Shown here one piece after another: positions 24,150 to 33,366 of a DNA stretch of 40,932 nucleotides. The number at the start of each line of letters is the position of its first letter. Positions within the stretch are counted from its first letter, which is position 1. The notes under the pieces are model-generated. The model was not told where the DNA came from, did no database searches, and saw nothing but the letters and a program-made list of their open reading frames with translations. The stretch is from a virus. The stretch is taken from UHGV virus genome UHGV-1367653. One strand, given 5' to 3'. The position numbers were made by a program, and so were the translations under genes.

Positions 24150-26390
24150 TTATTTGGCGTAGCGCATCAACTCAGCACCTTCCGCCGCCAGAGGGAAACC
24201 AGCGGCCCAGGCTGGCAACATGCACATCATGCGCTCCAGTTCGGCGACCGTGTACTCAGGCGTGTTAGGAACTTCGGTTACAATCTCATCATGAACGTGG
24301 AGGATAATCGGCCAGCCAGCGTTCTCGACAGTAACCAACGCATTAGCCAGCAGGTCACGGCATAGCGCTTGTGTGACGTTCTCCGCCAGTTTCCCGCCGT
24401 AGGTGTACTGTTTGCCCCACTGCCGTGTGGTCTGGTTCTCGCCCATGTAGCGGATGCGCTCGCGGTATGTAATTTCACGGGCTGCCAGATTCGGATAAAG
24501 GTCTTCATCGATATCGCTCGCCAATTTCTCTACGGAAATACCAATGCCGGGGTAAGACAGAATGCGCCCACTCGGCAGCTCGACCTGTAGCCACCAACCC
24601 GGCGAGCCGTCCTTGCCTTTGGTGCGACGAATACGAATAGCGCGGTCGCCGTTCTCGCGCACCTCGGCACCGGCCCAGTACGATTTGCCGGGATTCTTGA
24701 TGGCGTTCATTGCTGCCGATTCGAGGTCGTTCCAGAATGCGCAGGTCTTCGGGTGGGACTCGCGCCACATGCGTTTGATGCTGTCGCACGTCAGCCATAC
24801 ATTCTTCGGAAGGTCGTAAGACGGGCGCTCCGCCTTCTGGCCTGCAAAACCTTTCTTATTCTTCTCCTGGATGCGTGCATATTCATACCCTCGTTTAGCG
24901 GCGGCCCAGATATGGCCCGGAAATGTGCCTTTCATGGTTTCGGCCATCGCGTACAGGTCCAGGCCGAGGTTTTTGGCGAACGTCAGGAACGCAGCGACAC
25001 CGCCGCCGTAGCCCAGGCCCAGTTCGCACGCCTTACCAATCTGGCGCAGGTCTTTACGCACCTGTTTGATATGGTCCGGGTCAAGGCCGAACATCTTACC
25101 CGCTGTTACGCAATAGATATCAAGTCCAGCCAGGAACGTAGCCAGTGCCGCTTCTTCGCCCGCCAGCCACGCCAGGCCGCGCCCTTCAACGTTAGAATAG
25201 TCGGCAACAACCAGCTTGTTACCAGGCTTCGGAATGATGCACCCGCGCACCGTGGAGGCAGTCAACTTCGATACGTCATAGCACCAGTGCGCCTTGCCAC
25301 GAAGCAGCATCTTGATGCCGGTGTCCAGTTCGTCGCCCGAGAAGTGGCCGCGCGCCAGGTTCTGCGGCTGGAAGCCCTTCCCGGCCCATCGCAACGTGCG
25401 TTTAGCACCGCCGTATTGCAGACACCCGCGACGACGGCCGTCGCCCGACAAGCCCAGCAGAAGCGGGTTGTACTTGGTCGATGCCGTAGAGCTGGCACCG
25501 AGGCGCATTTCGATAATCGTCCGGGCATCATCCGGCAGGTCATCATCGGCCAGCAGGTCGTTAAGCGTCGATTTCTGCGCGTTGAGAATCTCATGCGCCG
25601 GTGCCAGGTCGCGTAGCGTCGGCAGGAACGCGGCACCGGTAAGGCCCGCGCCCCATTTCTCGATAGCCTCCTGCTGAAGTTCAATCTTGTGCTGTTTCAC
25701 CGCGTCGATAGCCGCATTAGCCAGGGCAGTATCGACGAAGAATCCACGGTCGTTGATGCGCTGGTCGATTGCCAGCACCGTATTTTCGAATTCGATGTTG
25801 CCCCAGTCTGGCAATTCAATATAGACCTCGCGCATTGAGGTAATATCGGACTTACCATAGCTCAGAAACTCAATCCACTCGCCGGGGTGAGTTTCTTTAG
25901 TGTAACGGCGAATTTTGTAGTTCTTCGGAGTCGGCTTACAGAAACGTTGAATCAGCGCCTTTCCGCGCTTATCCTTTGATAGCTCCTCCGCAATTTGCAA
26001 CACCTCACACTGCATTGCCAGGCTGCCGGGTAGTGAATGGCGGAACGCACAGACCATCGTGTCGATAATGTCGCGCGGGTCGATGTCGTAGCCCCAGCAG
26101 TTGCGCAGCAGCAGGCGGTCAAACATCAGATAGTTCGCCCCAATTAATTTTGGATTGCCTTTCTTACCTGGGTTGCGGCTCAGGTATTTTAAGACACTTC
26201 TTAATTCAGACGGCAGCCGCCCCCCGTCAGTGGCGTCATAGCATTGCACCTCTTCGTCGCCGAAGGCGTAAGTGGTTAGCATTATCTCTGTGGATTTGTG
26301 CTCGGCGTATGCGTAGCTACCCCGCTTCTTCAAATCCACTTCGGAGAATGATTCGTGGTCAATGAATACGTCGTCTTGGCTAAATTCCAT
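24150..26390 (-). CDS. DNA polymerase I (family A) with a 3'-5' exonuclease domain
   Basis: Pol A motifs DYSNVEGR (A), RQIGKACELGLGYGGG (B) and HVHDEIV (C). Confidence 0.95.
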   Translation of the reverse strand: MEFSQDDVFIDHESFSEVDLKKRGSYAYAEHKSTEIMLTTYAFGDEEVQCYDATDGGRLPSELRSVLKYLSRNPGKKGNPKLIGANYLMFDRLLLRNCWGYDIDPRDIIDTMVCAFRHSLPGSLAMQCEVLQIAEELSKDKRGKALIQRFCKPTPKNYKIRRYTKETHPGEWIEFLSYGKSDITSMREVYIELPDWGNIEFENTVLAIDQRINDRGFFVDTALANAAIDAVKQHKIELQQEAIEKWGAGLTGAAFLPTLRDLAPAHEILNAQKSTLNDLLADDDLPDDARTIIEMRLGASSTASTKYNPLLLGLSGDGRRRGCLQYGGAKRTLRWAGKGFQPQNLARGHFSGDELDTGIKMLLRGKAHWCYDVSKLTASTVRGCIIPKPGNKLVVADYSNVEGRGLAWLAGEEAALATFLAGLDIYCVTAGKMFGLDPDHIKQVRKDLRQIGKACELGLGYGGGVAAFLTFAKNLGLDLYAMAETMKGTFPGHIWAAAKRGYEYARIQEKNKKGFAGQKAERPSYDLPKNVWLTCDSIKRMWRESHPKTCAFWNDLESAAMNAIKNPGKSYWAGAEVRENGDRAIRIRRTKGKDGSPGWWLQVELPSGRILSYPGIGISVEKLASDIDEDLYPNLAAREITYRERIRYMGENQTTRQWGKQYTYGGKLAENVTQALCRDLLANALVTVENAGWPIILHVHDEIVTEVPNTPEYTVAELERMMCMLPAWAAGFPLAAEGAELMRYAK

Positions 26391-26448
26391 GCTTTACTCC
26401 ATGTGCTAAAAAGCCCGCACGCGGCGGGCTTCAGGTTGCCGTTAGTAA

Positions 26449-27183
26449 TTAATCTTCGTCACGACTACGGCGGCGACGCGGACGCTCATCTTCTTCATCC
26501 TCGTCATCTTCATCGCGGCTACGACGTGAACGAGTCGGCTTCTCGTCTTCATCATGGCCACGACGTTTTGACTTAGGTGCATCGTTATCATCGGCCAGGT
26601 CATCATCCGAAGCTGTCTCACCCGCGCCGCCAAATGCAGGGCCATCGGCGCGGAAGCGGATACCTAACAGGTCGACCATAAGCACTTTGTGTTTGGCAAA
26701 CCAGAAAATATCAACAGAGATATTAGCAAAACAACCGCTGTATACTTCTTCACCTTCAATGTCGTCACCGTCAACGGTCAGACCTTTTACCGGCTTTCCG
26801 CCAGGCACGTTCTGAACTTCACCGATGGACGTAAGAATGCGCGGGGATTTATGGCTGGCGGCCTTAAAGTAGATACCTTCTTCAAGACCTTCGATTTCTT
26901 TATCACGCTCCGCAAGGTCACGGAAGGCGCATTTGTCTGCGTGGTTGCCGAAGCCGTAGTTTTTGTCCATCCACTTCTCGGCAGCCTTACGGTCCTTCAG
27001 GCCTTCGGTAAGAACTTCCAGAACCACATCATCAATTTTGCGAATTTGTGGGTCATTCTTGTCAAGATACGCGGTTAACTGATACTTACCCTTAACCAGT
27101 TTTCCTTCGTCATTGGTGCGGTCTTGCGCTTTTTCGAATACATTCAGCCAGCCTACGCGAACATTAGTCAGATTCAGTTTCAT
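26449..27183 (-). CDS. DUF2815-like ssDNA-binding protein with an acidic C-terminal tail
   Basis: N-terminus MKLNLTNVRVGWLNVFE and a C-terminal run of D/E. It sits next to an exonuclease. Confidence 0.5.
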   Translation of the reverse strand: MKLNLTNVRVGWLNVFEKAQDRTNDEGKLVKGKYQLTAYLDKNDPQIRKIDDVVLEVLTEGLKDRKAAEKWMDKNYGFGNHADKCAFRDLAERDKEIEGLEEGIYFKAASHKSPRILTSIGEVQNVPGGKPVKGLTVDGDDIEGEEVYSGCFANISVDIFWFAKHKVLMVDLLGIRFRADGPAFGGAGETASDDDLADDNDAPKSKRRGHDEDEKPTRSRRSRDEDDEDEEDERPRRRRSRDED

Positions 27184-27441
27184 GTGTCAGTTTCCAGTGT
27201 CATTGTATCCGGGAATCTGCCCGGCCAGTGCTGCTAAAGATAATAGTTTAATATTGTGTTGTCAACAATTATCCAAACTTTTTATTTCGCCACTCCATAA
27301 AACGTAACCGCCACTTAGCGTCGTACATTTTATCCGCCCCAGTATCGGCCAATTCACCGAGGAAATATAAACCGCGAAGAAGGCAATACAAAACTGCAAG
27401 AGGTATCAACGGTACGGCGAGAAGCCACCAGATTAATTTCT

Positions 27442-28782
27442 TCATGCTAAGTCCTCATCTGATACCGGCGTCCAGGCTGGCCGCTTGTCGTCTGCCGTTG
27501 CAATTGACGGTTGGCCTGGCTTGCGAGTTACGAACGGCTCAAGAAGCTTCCATGTATCGGGCGATAACGCCTTTTCCGCCTCTGTCGGACTTAACAAGGA
27601 AGATTTATACATCACCATAGGCCATTCGTCAGCAATCGCGGTAACCTTGTCCGTGTCGCTCCAGCTCCGGTTTCCTGGGCGGCCTTCAACAAGCTTCAGA
27701 CCTTCCACCTGCTCGCCGCGCATCAGCGCCGCGTACATGGCTTTCTCGATGTCGGCGATATGTTGTCGCATCAACGGCAGTTTATCCCACTCGGCCTTGA
27801 GTTGCTCCAGCGTCATTTCTGCGCTCTCCGGCGCATCTGAGGACTCGTCCGGCGCATCTGAGGACTCGTCCGGCGCAATACCGCTTGCTACCTTACGTTT
27901 TGCCGTACATTTCTCGGAGAACCGACACCACTGACACGCATCGTTTCCTGGGCGGAAGTCAGCGGGCTTAAGACCCTTCTTGCCGCGCTCGAAGGCGTCT
28001 ATGGCCCTCAGCGCCGCTTTACTGGCAAACTTGCCGAACAGTTCCAGTGCTTCCGGCGTCGTGTCCCACTCGTCCGCACCGCCTGCATACGGCTGGAAGA
28101 TAACCAGACGCACCGCCGTGATGTCATACAGGCGTTTCAGCTTGCGCAGCAGTCCCAGAGCATAAAGCATCATCTGCTTGTTCTCTTTCGCCAGCACCTT
28201 GTGACGTCCGGTCTTCAGGTCGCCGACGATTAGGATATACTGGTCTTTCTCTGTACGCGGGAGAACAGCCACCAGGTCGGCGGTGCCGAAGGTCTGGAGA
28301 GGCTTTTTACCGCCTTCGCCCTGATTCAGACTAGGGTCATACATTTCAACGTCAGGATGCAGAACACGCGTCAGGTTAACGCGCGATTCCACCTCTACCA
28401 GTTCGGCCGCATCTATAATAGGCCGGCAGTAATCGACGTACTTGTTGACCTGCGACACAAAGTCATCGGTGATTAACACCGCGCCTTTCTCAGGCTTCGT
28501 CAGCGCCTTGATAGGGCCTTTGCCTTCGTTCAGCGCGTAGACGCCTTTGTACGTGTCGGCGCGGATGCACTCACCCTTGATGATGCGGTTAAGCACGGTT
28601 TCAGCAACCAGATGCATCACCGTACCGTTAACGGCAGCCTGCCCGGATTCGTTAGGCAGCCCGAACTCGCAGGCCAGCGCCGCCGGGCAGTTTAACCATT
28701 TCTTAGCCGACGATGGCGACAGTAACGCGTGCTCCTGGTTGCTGCCGCTGGTGTTCTTGGATTTTAGTTTCACTCGATGCAC
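27442..28782 (-). CDS. Cas4/RecB-like PD-(D/E)XK exonuclease with a 4-Cys cluster
   Basis: N-terminal Cys, then the C-terminal CQWCRFSEKC. GTG start. Contains a 21-bp tandem repeat. Confidence 0.6.
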   Translation of the reverse strand: MHRVKLKSKNTSGSNQEHALLSPSSAKKWLNCPAALACEFGLPNESGQAAVNGTVMHLVAETVLNRIIKGECIRADTYKGVYALNEGKGPIKALTKPEKGAVLITDDFVSQVNKYVDYCRPIIDAAELVEVESRVNLTRVLHPDVEMYDPSLNQGEGGKKPLQTFGTADLVAVLPRTEKDQYILIVGDLKTGRHKVLAKENKQMMLYALGLLRKLKRLYDITAVRLVIFQPYAGGADEWDTTPEALELFGKFASKAALRAIDAFERGKKGLKPADFRPGNDACQWCRFSEKCTAKRKVASGIAPDESSDAPDESSDAPESAEMTLEQLKAEWDKLPLMRQHIADIEKAMYAALMRGEQVEGLKLVEGRPGNRSWSDTDKVTAIADEWPMVMYKSSLLSPTEAEKALSPDTWKLLEPFVTRKPGQPSIATADDKRPAWTPVSDEDLA

Positions 28783-28964
28783 TCCATCTTTTCGACAATA
28801 ATGTCATCCATGTGCAAACGGCTAAGCTTCCACTTATCGCACACATAAGCCTGTATCCCTTCGTGTACGTCAGGCGGTGTTGTCTGCGGAGCCACGTCAA
28901 CGACCCCAGACAAATACCTGTCACCGAAACGTGCAACATAATGAACGTAGCGATGGCTCCTCAT
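28770..28964 (-). CDS. Hypothetical protein
   Basis: Coupled ORF. Confidence 0.3.
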   Translation of the reverse strand: MRSHRYVHYVARFGDRYLSGVVDVAPQTTPPDVHEGIQAYVCDKWKLSRLHMDDIIVEKMECIE

Positions 28965-29197
28965 GACGAAAACTCCCAGCTATCAATATGCTTCGCCTCG
29001 CCCATCTTTGCATGGACAATCATCGTCGTGTCAGGTGCCCAGGTAATGCCTTCAGGCGCGGCGGCAGTGCGCTGCTTAATACTCGATGGCGCGGTCTTGA
29101 CGAAAAACAGTGCTACACGGTGATTGCTGCGGTCGTGCAGCCATAGCATCGGCTTATTGTCGCGGGTGTCGACAGCTTCGTAGAGTGCGTATTTCAT
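28961..29197 (-). CDS. Hypothetical protein
   Basis: Coupled ORF. Confidence 0.35.
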   Translation of the reverse strand: MKYALYEAVDTRDNKPMLWLHDRSNHRVALFFVKTAPSSIKQRTAAAPEGITWAPDTTMIVHAKMGEAKHIDSWEFSS

Positions 29198-29352
29198 TCT
29201 TCAATGCTCCAGCCGTAGTTGCAGTAATTTTGAAATTCTTCTTTGGCGATAGCTTCAATCTCTTCTTCTGTCTCGTCGCCTTCAAGTTCGACTTCCACAG
29301 TTTCAGCAGCGCCGACACATGCTGTTTCAATCGTAACGATTAACTTTTTCAT
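29194..29352 (-). CDS. Small acidic hypothetical protein (52 aa)
   Basis: ATG at 29352, read by hand. Confidence 0.3.
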   Translation of the reverse strand: MKKLIVTIETACVGAAETVEVELEGDETEEEIEAIAKEEFQNYCNYGWSIEE

Positions 29353-29400
29353 TGTGCTTATCCTCAAAGTCACCCGGCACCGAAGCGCCGGGCCGGTTGA

Positions 29401-29862
29401 TTATTCTTCGATGTCGTAATACTTAGCGACGATAGCCTTCAGTTCCTTGTGGAACTCCTGCACCTGGAGGTCTTTCAGCTTTTTGACTGAACGGGCATCA
29501 TATTCGTCCAGCAGGTCGTCCAGCTCGTCGGCGCAGTCGTCAGAATCGCCGCTGCCGATGTGTTTCGCCATCACTTCAATCTCTTCGCGCAGCTTGTCAA
29601 GGTCTGGCTCTGGTTCGGCCTTCGGCTTTGTAGTGCGCGGCTTGCGGGTTTTTGGCTTCTCTTCCGGCTCGTCGTCGGCCAGGTCGTCTTCTTCAGGTTT
29701 GGCTTTCACCGTCGTAGGCTCGTCTTTAGCGGCAGCAGATTTCTCTTCTGCGTGGACAACATTACCTACGGCTTCAACGATTGTCTGTTTTGCCGAGTTC
29801 GCCGCAATCAGTTCATGCGCGACAACGAAGCGTTCCAGCAGTTTGATGATTGTTTCTAACAT
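29401..29862 (-). CDS. Highly acidic early protein (153 aa), a DNA-mimic-like candidate
   Basis: Strongly Asp/Glu-rich with a KPKTRKPRTTKPK basic patch. It is the second gene of the early leftward operon. Confidence 0.45.
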   Translation of the reverse strand: MLETIIKLLERFVVAHELIAANSAKQTIVEAVGNVVHAEEKSAAAKDEPTTVKAKPEEDDLADDEPEEKPKTRKPRTTKPKAEPEPDLDKLREEIEVMAKHIGSGDSDDCADELDDLLDEYDARSVKKLKDLQVQEFHKELKAIVAKYYDIEE

Positions 29863-29916
29863 GTTGCGTGTTTCCTTTTGGTTAAGTGCCAGATAGGCCC
29901 TGGCGTTGCCTTTGGT

Positions 29917-30096
29917 TATTCTGGGAGTTCACCGGTTTTGATGAAGTGTCGCAGAATTGGTAAAAATTCTGCAGCTGTTTGCTGGTCAAAAGCTACTCCG
30001 CCGCCACGCGCAAGGACTCGAAGCTCCGGGCCATCACCATTGTCCAAACGTTTACAAGTTGCTGCGTATACGATTTCTGTTTCTGAAAGTTGCATT
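29917..30096 (-). CDS. Hypothetical protein (59 aa), first gene of the leftward operon
   Basis: GGAGACGAAGGAA SD followed by ATG. Confidence 0.35.
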
Positions 30097-30127
30097 TCCT
30101 TCGTCTCCGTATCAGTTGGTGATGTGA

Positions 30128-30157
30128 ACTATAATACTAAACTATTCTGGTCTGCAA
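30128..30157 (-). promoter_or_regulatory. Leftward promoter TTGCAG-N18-TATAGT
   Basis: Read on the minus strand of the divergent intergenic region. Confidence 0.45.
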
Positions 30158-30182
30158 GCACTTTAGCAAAATATTTTTCCTG

Positions 30183-30212
30183 TTGCGTGAATCAGTAATA
30201 TTGCCGTATAGT
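30183..30212 (+). promoter_or_regulatory. Rightward promoter TTGCGT-N18-TATAGT
   Basis: It is followed by a TAAGGAGAA SD and the ATG at 30242. Confidence 0.5.
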
Positions 30213-30241
30213 AACGCGATACACACTAAGGAGAATCTGTA

Positions 30242-30463
30242 ATGACTGTAGAGAAGAATGATTTCACCCGCCGCGTTAACCGCCAGATGCAGAAGCTGGG
30301 CATCCGGCAGAAAGATATCGTCGAGCGCACCGGCTTCAGCCAGGGCCGCGTGAGCCACATCTGTTTAGGTCGCATCAAGAGCGTAGAATCGCATTCACTG
30401 TTCGCGCTGGCCGATGCGCTGGAGTGTTCAGCCAGATGGTTAGCCACGGGGGAGGATGCGTAA
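30242..30463 (+). CDS. XRE/Cro-like HTH transcriptional regulator
   Basis: HTH QKDIVERTGFSQGRVSHI. 73 aa. Confidence 0.7.
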   Translation: MTVEKNDFTRRVNRQMQKLGIRQKDIVERTGFSQGRVSHICLGRIKSVESHSLFALADALECSARWLATGEDA

Positions 30464-30586
30464 ATGATTGCTACTATAGGTACTATTTTAGTTTGGGCGT
30501 TGATTGTAATTGCAGGGTTGGCGGGGCTGTTCTTTGCGGTTCTCGGTTTTATGTTCTTTACCAGTTTGCCAGGGTGGCGTAGATAA
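30464..30586 (+). CDS. Small hydrophobic membrane peptide (40 aa)
   Basis: Translates as MIATIGTILVWALIVIAGLAGLFFAVLGFMFFTSLPGWRR. The stop is followed by an A14 tract. Confidence 0.35.
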   Translation: MIATIGTILVWALIVIAGLAGLFFAVLGFMFFTSLPGWRR

Positions 30587-30713
30587 AAAAAAAAAAAACC
30601 CGCGCATCAAGCAGGATGGCGGGCTTAGATAAGCAACATTGTGAGAACGAAGCATGGAACACCTCTATTAAAACAGGTGTTGACAAACTAATCAACTATT
30701 TTAGAGAACCAGC

Positions 30714-33017
30714 ATGGAAAATATCATCTTCTCCATCGGCCACGATGCTAAGAAACGTCGCGCCAAAAACTACGATATCACCTGGTCAGAGTTCGTTACC
30801 GAGATGGTGGACTATATCGAAGAGCCGAGCCTTGGGATTGAGTTCACCGGCAGCGAAACGCAGGAACAATACGACCGCAAGAAGAAGCAGCAGAACTACA
30901 TCGCGGCTGCCGTTGATAAGGTGCGCAGCAACGATACTATCATTGGGCGCTCGCTCATCTATATCGACCTTGACGGCGTGACGTCGCGCGACGTGCGCAA
31001 GGTTACCCGGGCGCTTAATAATAAAGGCCTGGCCTACTTCGCTCATGGCACCAGCTCCGACAAGCACGAACTGAAAGGCGGCGAAGACCATCGCGCAGTC
31101 CGCTTCCTCATCCCGACTAACGTTCCGATGGCGGCGGATGAAATATGGCACTGTCAGCACAGCTTCCTGTGGTGGCTTGGTCTGGACAACATGCCTGGCG
31201 TCGATATGACGGCTAACCAGCGCGCCCGTATCATGTTCGTGCCTCCGTACGGCGCTGAACACTGGGAAAGCGATGGCAAGCCCGTGCGCGTCACGAAGCT
31301 GCTGAACAACGGCTGTGAGCCGCCGTCAGAGCTTGGCGCGACTAACTGGTCTGAAGATGCCCTGGCCAACGCTGACGAGAACTCACAGGCCATCGCTGGC
31401 TGGGCGTTCGAGATGGGCCTGGAGATGATGTCGTCCGGGCGCGGCTGGGCTATCCAGTGCCCTAATCACATGGCGCACACAGATGGTCGCGACGGCACCG
31501 ATGGCGACACGGCAATCCTGCTACCGGACAGCCTGCATCCGGAAGTACGCTTCCAGTGCCAGCACTCACACTGTAAAGGCCTGAACAGTCACCAGCACAT
31601 GATGCTGCAACTCGCAGGCGTGCCGAACGCGTACCTGCCCGAAGCGCACAACATCAGCAAGAAGCAGATTGAGGAGCTTCTTCCATTCTTCGACGCTGAA
31701 GAGATTGAGCACATCCATCATAACCAGGTGTCGGCCGCTGCCGAGGGTGCCGACGCGCACCAGTGCCAGGACGAAGACCTGATGGACGAGCCGTGTGCGC
31801 TGTTCACCAAGCGCGACCCGATTATCGACGGCCTGTATAACTTCAAATCAACGTTCGAGCTAGTGGGCGAGTCCAACATCGGTAAATCTTTCTTCTTGCT
31901 GGGCCAGATGGCATGCGCCGCCGCGGGCATTCCGTTTGCCGGTGCAAAAGTCATCAAGTCGCACAACTTCTATTTCGACGCCGAGGGCGGCAGCACGACC
32001 GAAGACCGCAAACAGGCGCTACAGATTACCTACGATGACCCGCTGGACTGGCTGCACATTATCGACCTGCAACATGAGGGCTGGGACATCACGTCAACCG
32101 CCGGGCGTAAGGCCATCATCCGCCATATCCGCACGGTGGCCGGTAACGACCCGGTCGGCCTGGTGGCGTTCGACTCCCTTAACCAGTCTGTCTCCCTGTC
32201 AGCTACGCCGTTCGACGAGAACTCATCCGCCGATATGGGCGTGGTTGCGTCGGCGCTTAAAGCGATTGCCGATGAAACCGGTGCGTGTGCCGGCGTCGTT
32301 CACCACCCGGCCAAATCAGAGAAGGGCACCCGCCGCGTCGGTCGTGGTTCCGGCGCGCTGCACGGCGCTGTAGATTTCGTTTACTTCATAGAGCAGCCTG
32401 ACGAGACCAAGCCGCTTCAGCTCAATATGTACATGGAGAAGGCGCGCGCCGGGGTTAAACAGTTGCCGCGCGGCTTTGTGCTGGCGAAGTGCCACATCAC
32501 CGTCGAGAAGTCGCACGACGACGCTATCGTGGCGATGCAATCTACTCGTGACGCGCCGGACTTCGGAGAATTCTTAACAGGGCACACCGTTAAACCGTTC
32601 GACTCATCGCCGCGTGACGAAACCTTAGTCCTTATCCCTGTGGCCCTGGCCGCGTTCACTACGGCAGCGGCTGATGTTGCACGCAAAGCAACAAAAGAGG
32701 CCAACGATAAGCCGGGCCTGACGAAAGAAGAGGCCGCTATCGTTGCCGCGCTGGAGGAACTGCAAGCATCCGACGACCGACCACAGGGTTATCCTGTAGG
32801 TGAGATTGTCAGGCTCATGCCCGGCGGCGGCAACTCCCGGCGGCGCTCCCTCGTTAAGGAGATGGCAGAGCGCGGATTAATCTGTTTTGGCAAAGACCAC
32901 AAGGGTAGATTGCTGAACGGAGAGGACGACCGCCACCTGCAATTCCGTATCACAGGACAGCCAACAGACCACATCGACGCGCAGCCAACAGCGGAAGATG
33001 ATGACCTGGCGGACTAA
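30714..33017 (+). CDS. DNA primase-helicase: an AEP-type primase-polymerase N-domain, a Zn-binding region, and a RepA/DnaB-like AAA_25 P-loop NTPase
   Basis: AEP motifs IYIDLD, AHGTS and VDMT. Cys/His cluster CPNHMAH...CQHSHC. Walker A GESNIGKS. Confidence 0.7.
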   Translation: MENIIFSIGHDAKKRRAKNYDITWSEFVTEMVDYIEEPSLGIEFTGSETQEQYDRKKKQQNYIAAAVDKVRSNDTIIGRSLIYIDLDGVTSRDVRKVTRALNNKGLAYFAHGTSSDKHELKGGEDHRAVRFLIPTNVPMAADEIWHCQHSFLWWLGLDNMPGVDMTANQRARIMFVPPYGAEHWESDGKPVRVTKLLNNGCEPPSELGATNWSEDALANADENSQAIAGWAFEMGLEMMSSGRGWAIQCPNHMAHTDGRDGTDGDTAILLPDSLHPEVRFQCQHSHCKGLNSHQHMMLQLAGVPNAYLPEAHNISKKQIEELLPFFDAEEIEHIHHNQVSAAAEGADAHQCQDEDLMDEPCALFTKRDPIIDGLYNFKSTFELVGESNIGKSFFLLGQMACAAAGIPFAGAKVIKSHNFYFDAEGGSTTEDRKQALQITYDDPLDWLHIIDLQHEGWDITSTAGRKAIIRHIRTVAGNDPVGLVAFDSLNQSVSLSATPFDENSSADMGVVASALKAIADETGACAGVVHHPAKSEKGTRRVGRGSGALHGAVDFVYFIEQPDETKPLQLNMYMEKARAGVKQLPRGFVLAKCHITVEKSHDDAIVAMQSTRDAPDFGEFLTGHTVKPFDSSPRDETLVLIPVALAAFTTAAADVARKATKEANDKPGLTKEEAAIVAALEELQASDDRPQGYPVGEIVRLMPGGGNSRRRSLVKEMAERGLICFGKDHKGRLLNGEDDRHLQFRITGQPTDHIDAQPTAEDDDLAD

Positions 33018-33031
33018 ATATCAAGGTCGGC

Positions 33032-33190
33032 GGACAATGTTGGCTGTGAATAGTTATTCAGAAAAAGTGAATAAATAAGCGTTGGCTGCGGCGGACAAAT
33101 TGCCGGACAATTTTCTGACGGACAAAACGGACGGACAACGTTGTCCGCCTACTGCCGCAATGGTTTGCTGCCGAACGGACAACGGACACG
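33032..33190. repeat. Iteron-like repeats CGGACAA (6 direct copies, 1 inverted, 1 degenerate), including the 16-bp palindrome CGGACAACGTTGTCCG. Candidate replication origin.
   Basis: Copies at 33032, 33093, 33105, 33120, 33133 and 33177, with an inverted copy at 33141. They are spaced 12-15 bp apart. Confidence 0.5.
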
Positions 33191-33302
33191 GACTAGTCTT
33201 AGCAGACTGAATGGGGGTGGTCTGTCCGACCCACCCTCCAGTCCTCTAAGACTGCATAAGCGCTTATTCAATTAGTCCAGCATCTACGGCAACAAAATAC
33301 AT

Positions 33303-33331
33303 TTGCACAATCGGGAATATTATTGTATTGT
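33303..33331 (+). promoter_or_regulatory. Candidate promoter TTGCAC-N17-TATTGT
   Basis: It shares the -10 region TATTGTtagt with the 34-kb promoter. Confidence 0.4.
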
Positions 33332-33366
33332 TAGTTCACAGCCAACATGAAACTAGGATTTGAGAA

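Noticed and set aside
24369-25684. Long plus-strand ORFs (for example 24753..25616 at 287 aa, and 25294..25677) antisense to the DNA polymerase gene
   Set aside because: They lie fully inside the well-supported PolA ORF on the opposite strand. They are Arg/Ala-rich with no SD, which is the pattern of GC-driven spurious frames.
30680-30708. TTGACA at 30680 as a promoter for the primase gene
   Set aside because: The best -10 candidates (tagaga or agagaa) are poor, and they leave under 10 nt to the ATG with no room for a transcription start site and SD. The primase is more likely expressed by read-through from the promoter at 30183.
30616-30981. 121-aa ORF overlapping the start of the primase-helicase in another frame
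   Set aside because: The primase frame has recognisable AEP motifs across this region. The alternative frame is Ser/Arg-rich and lacks an SD.
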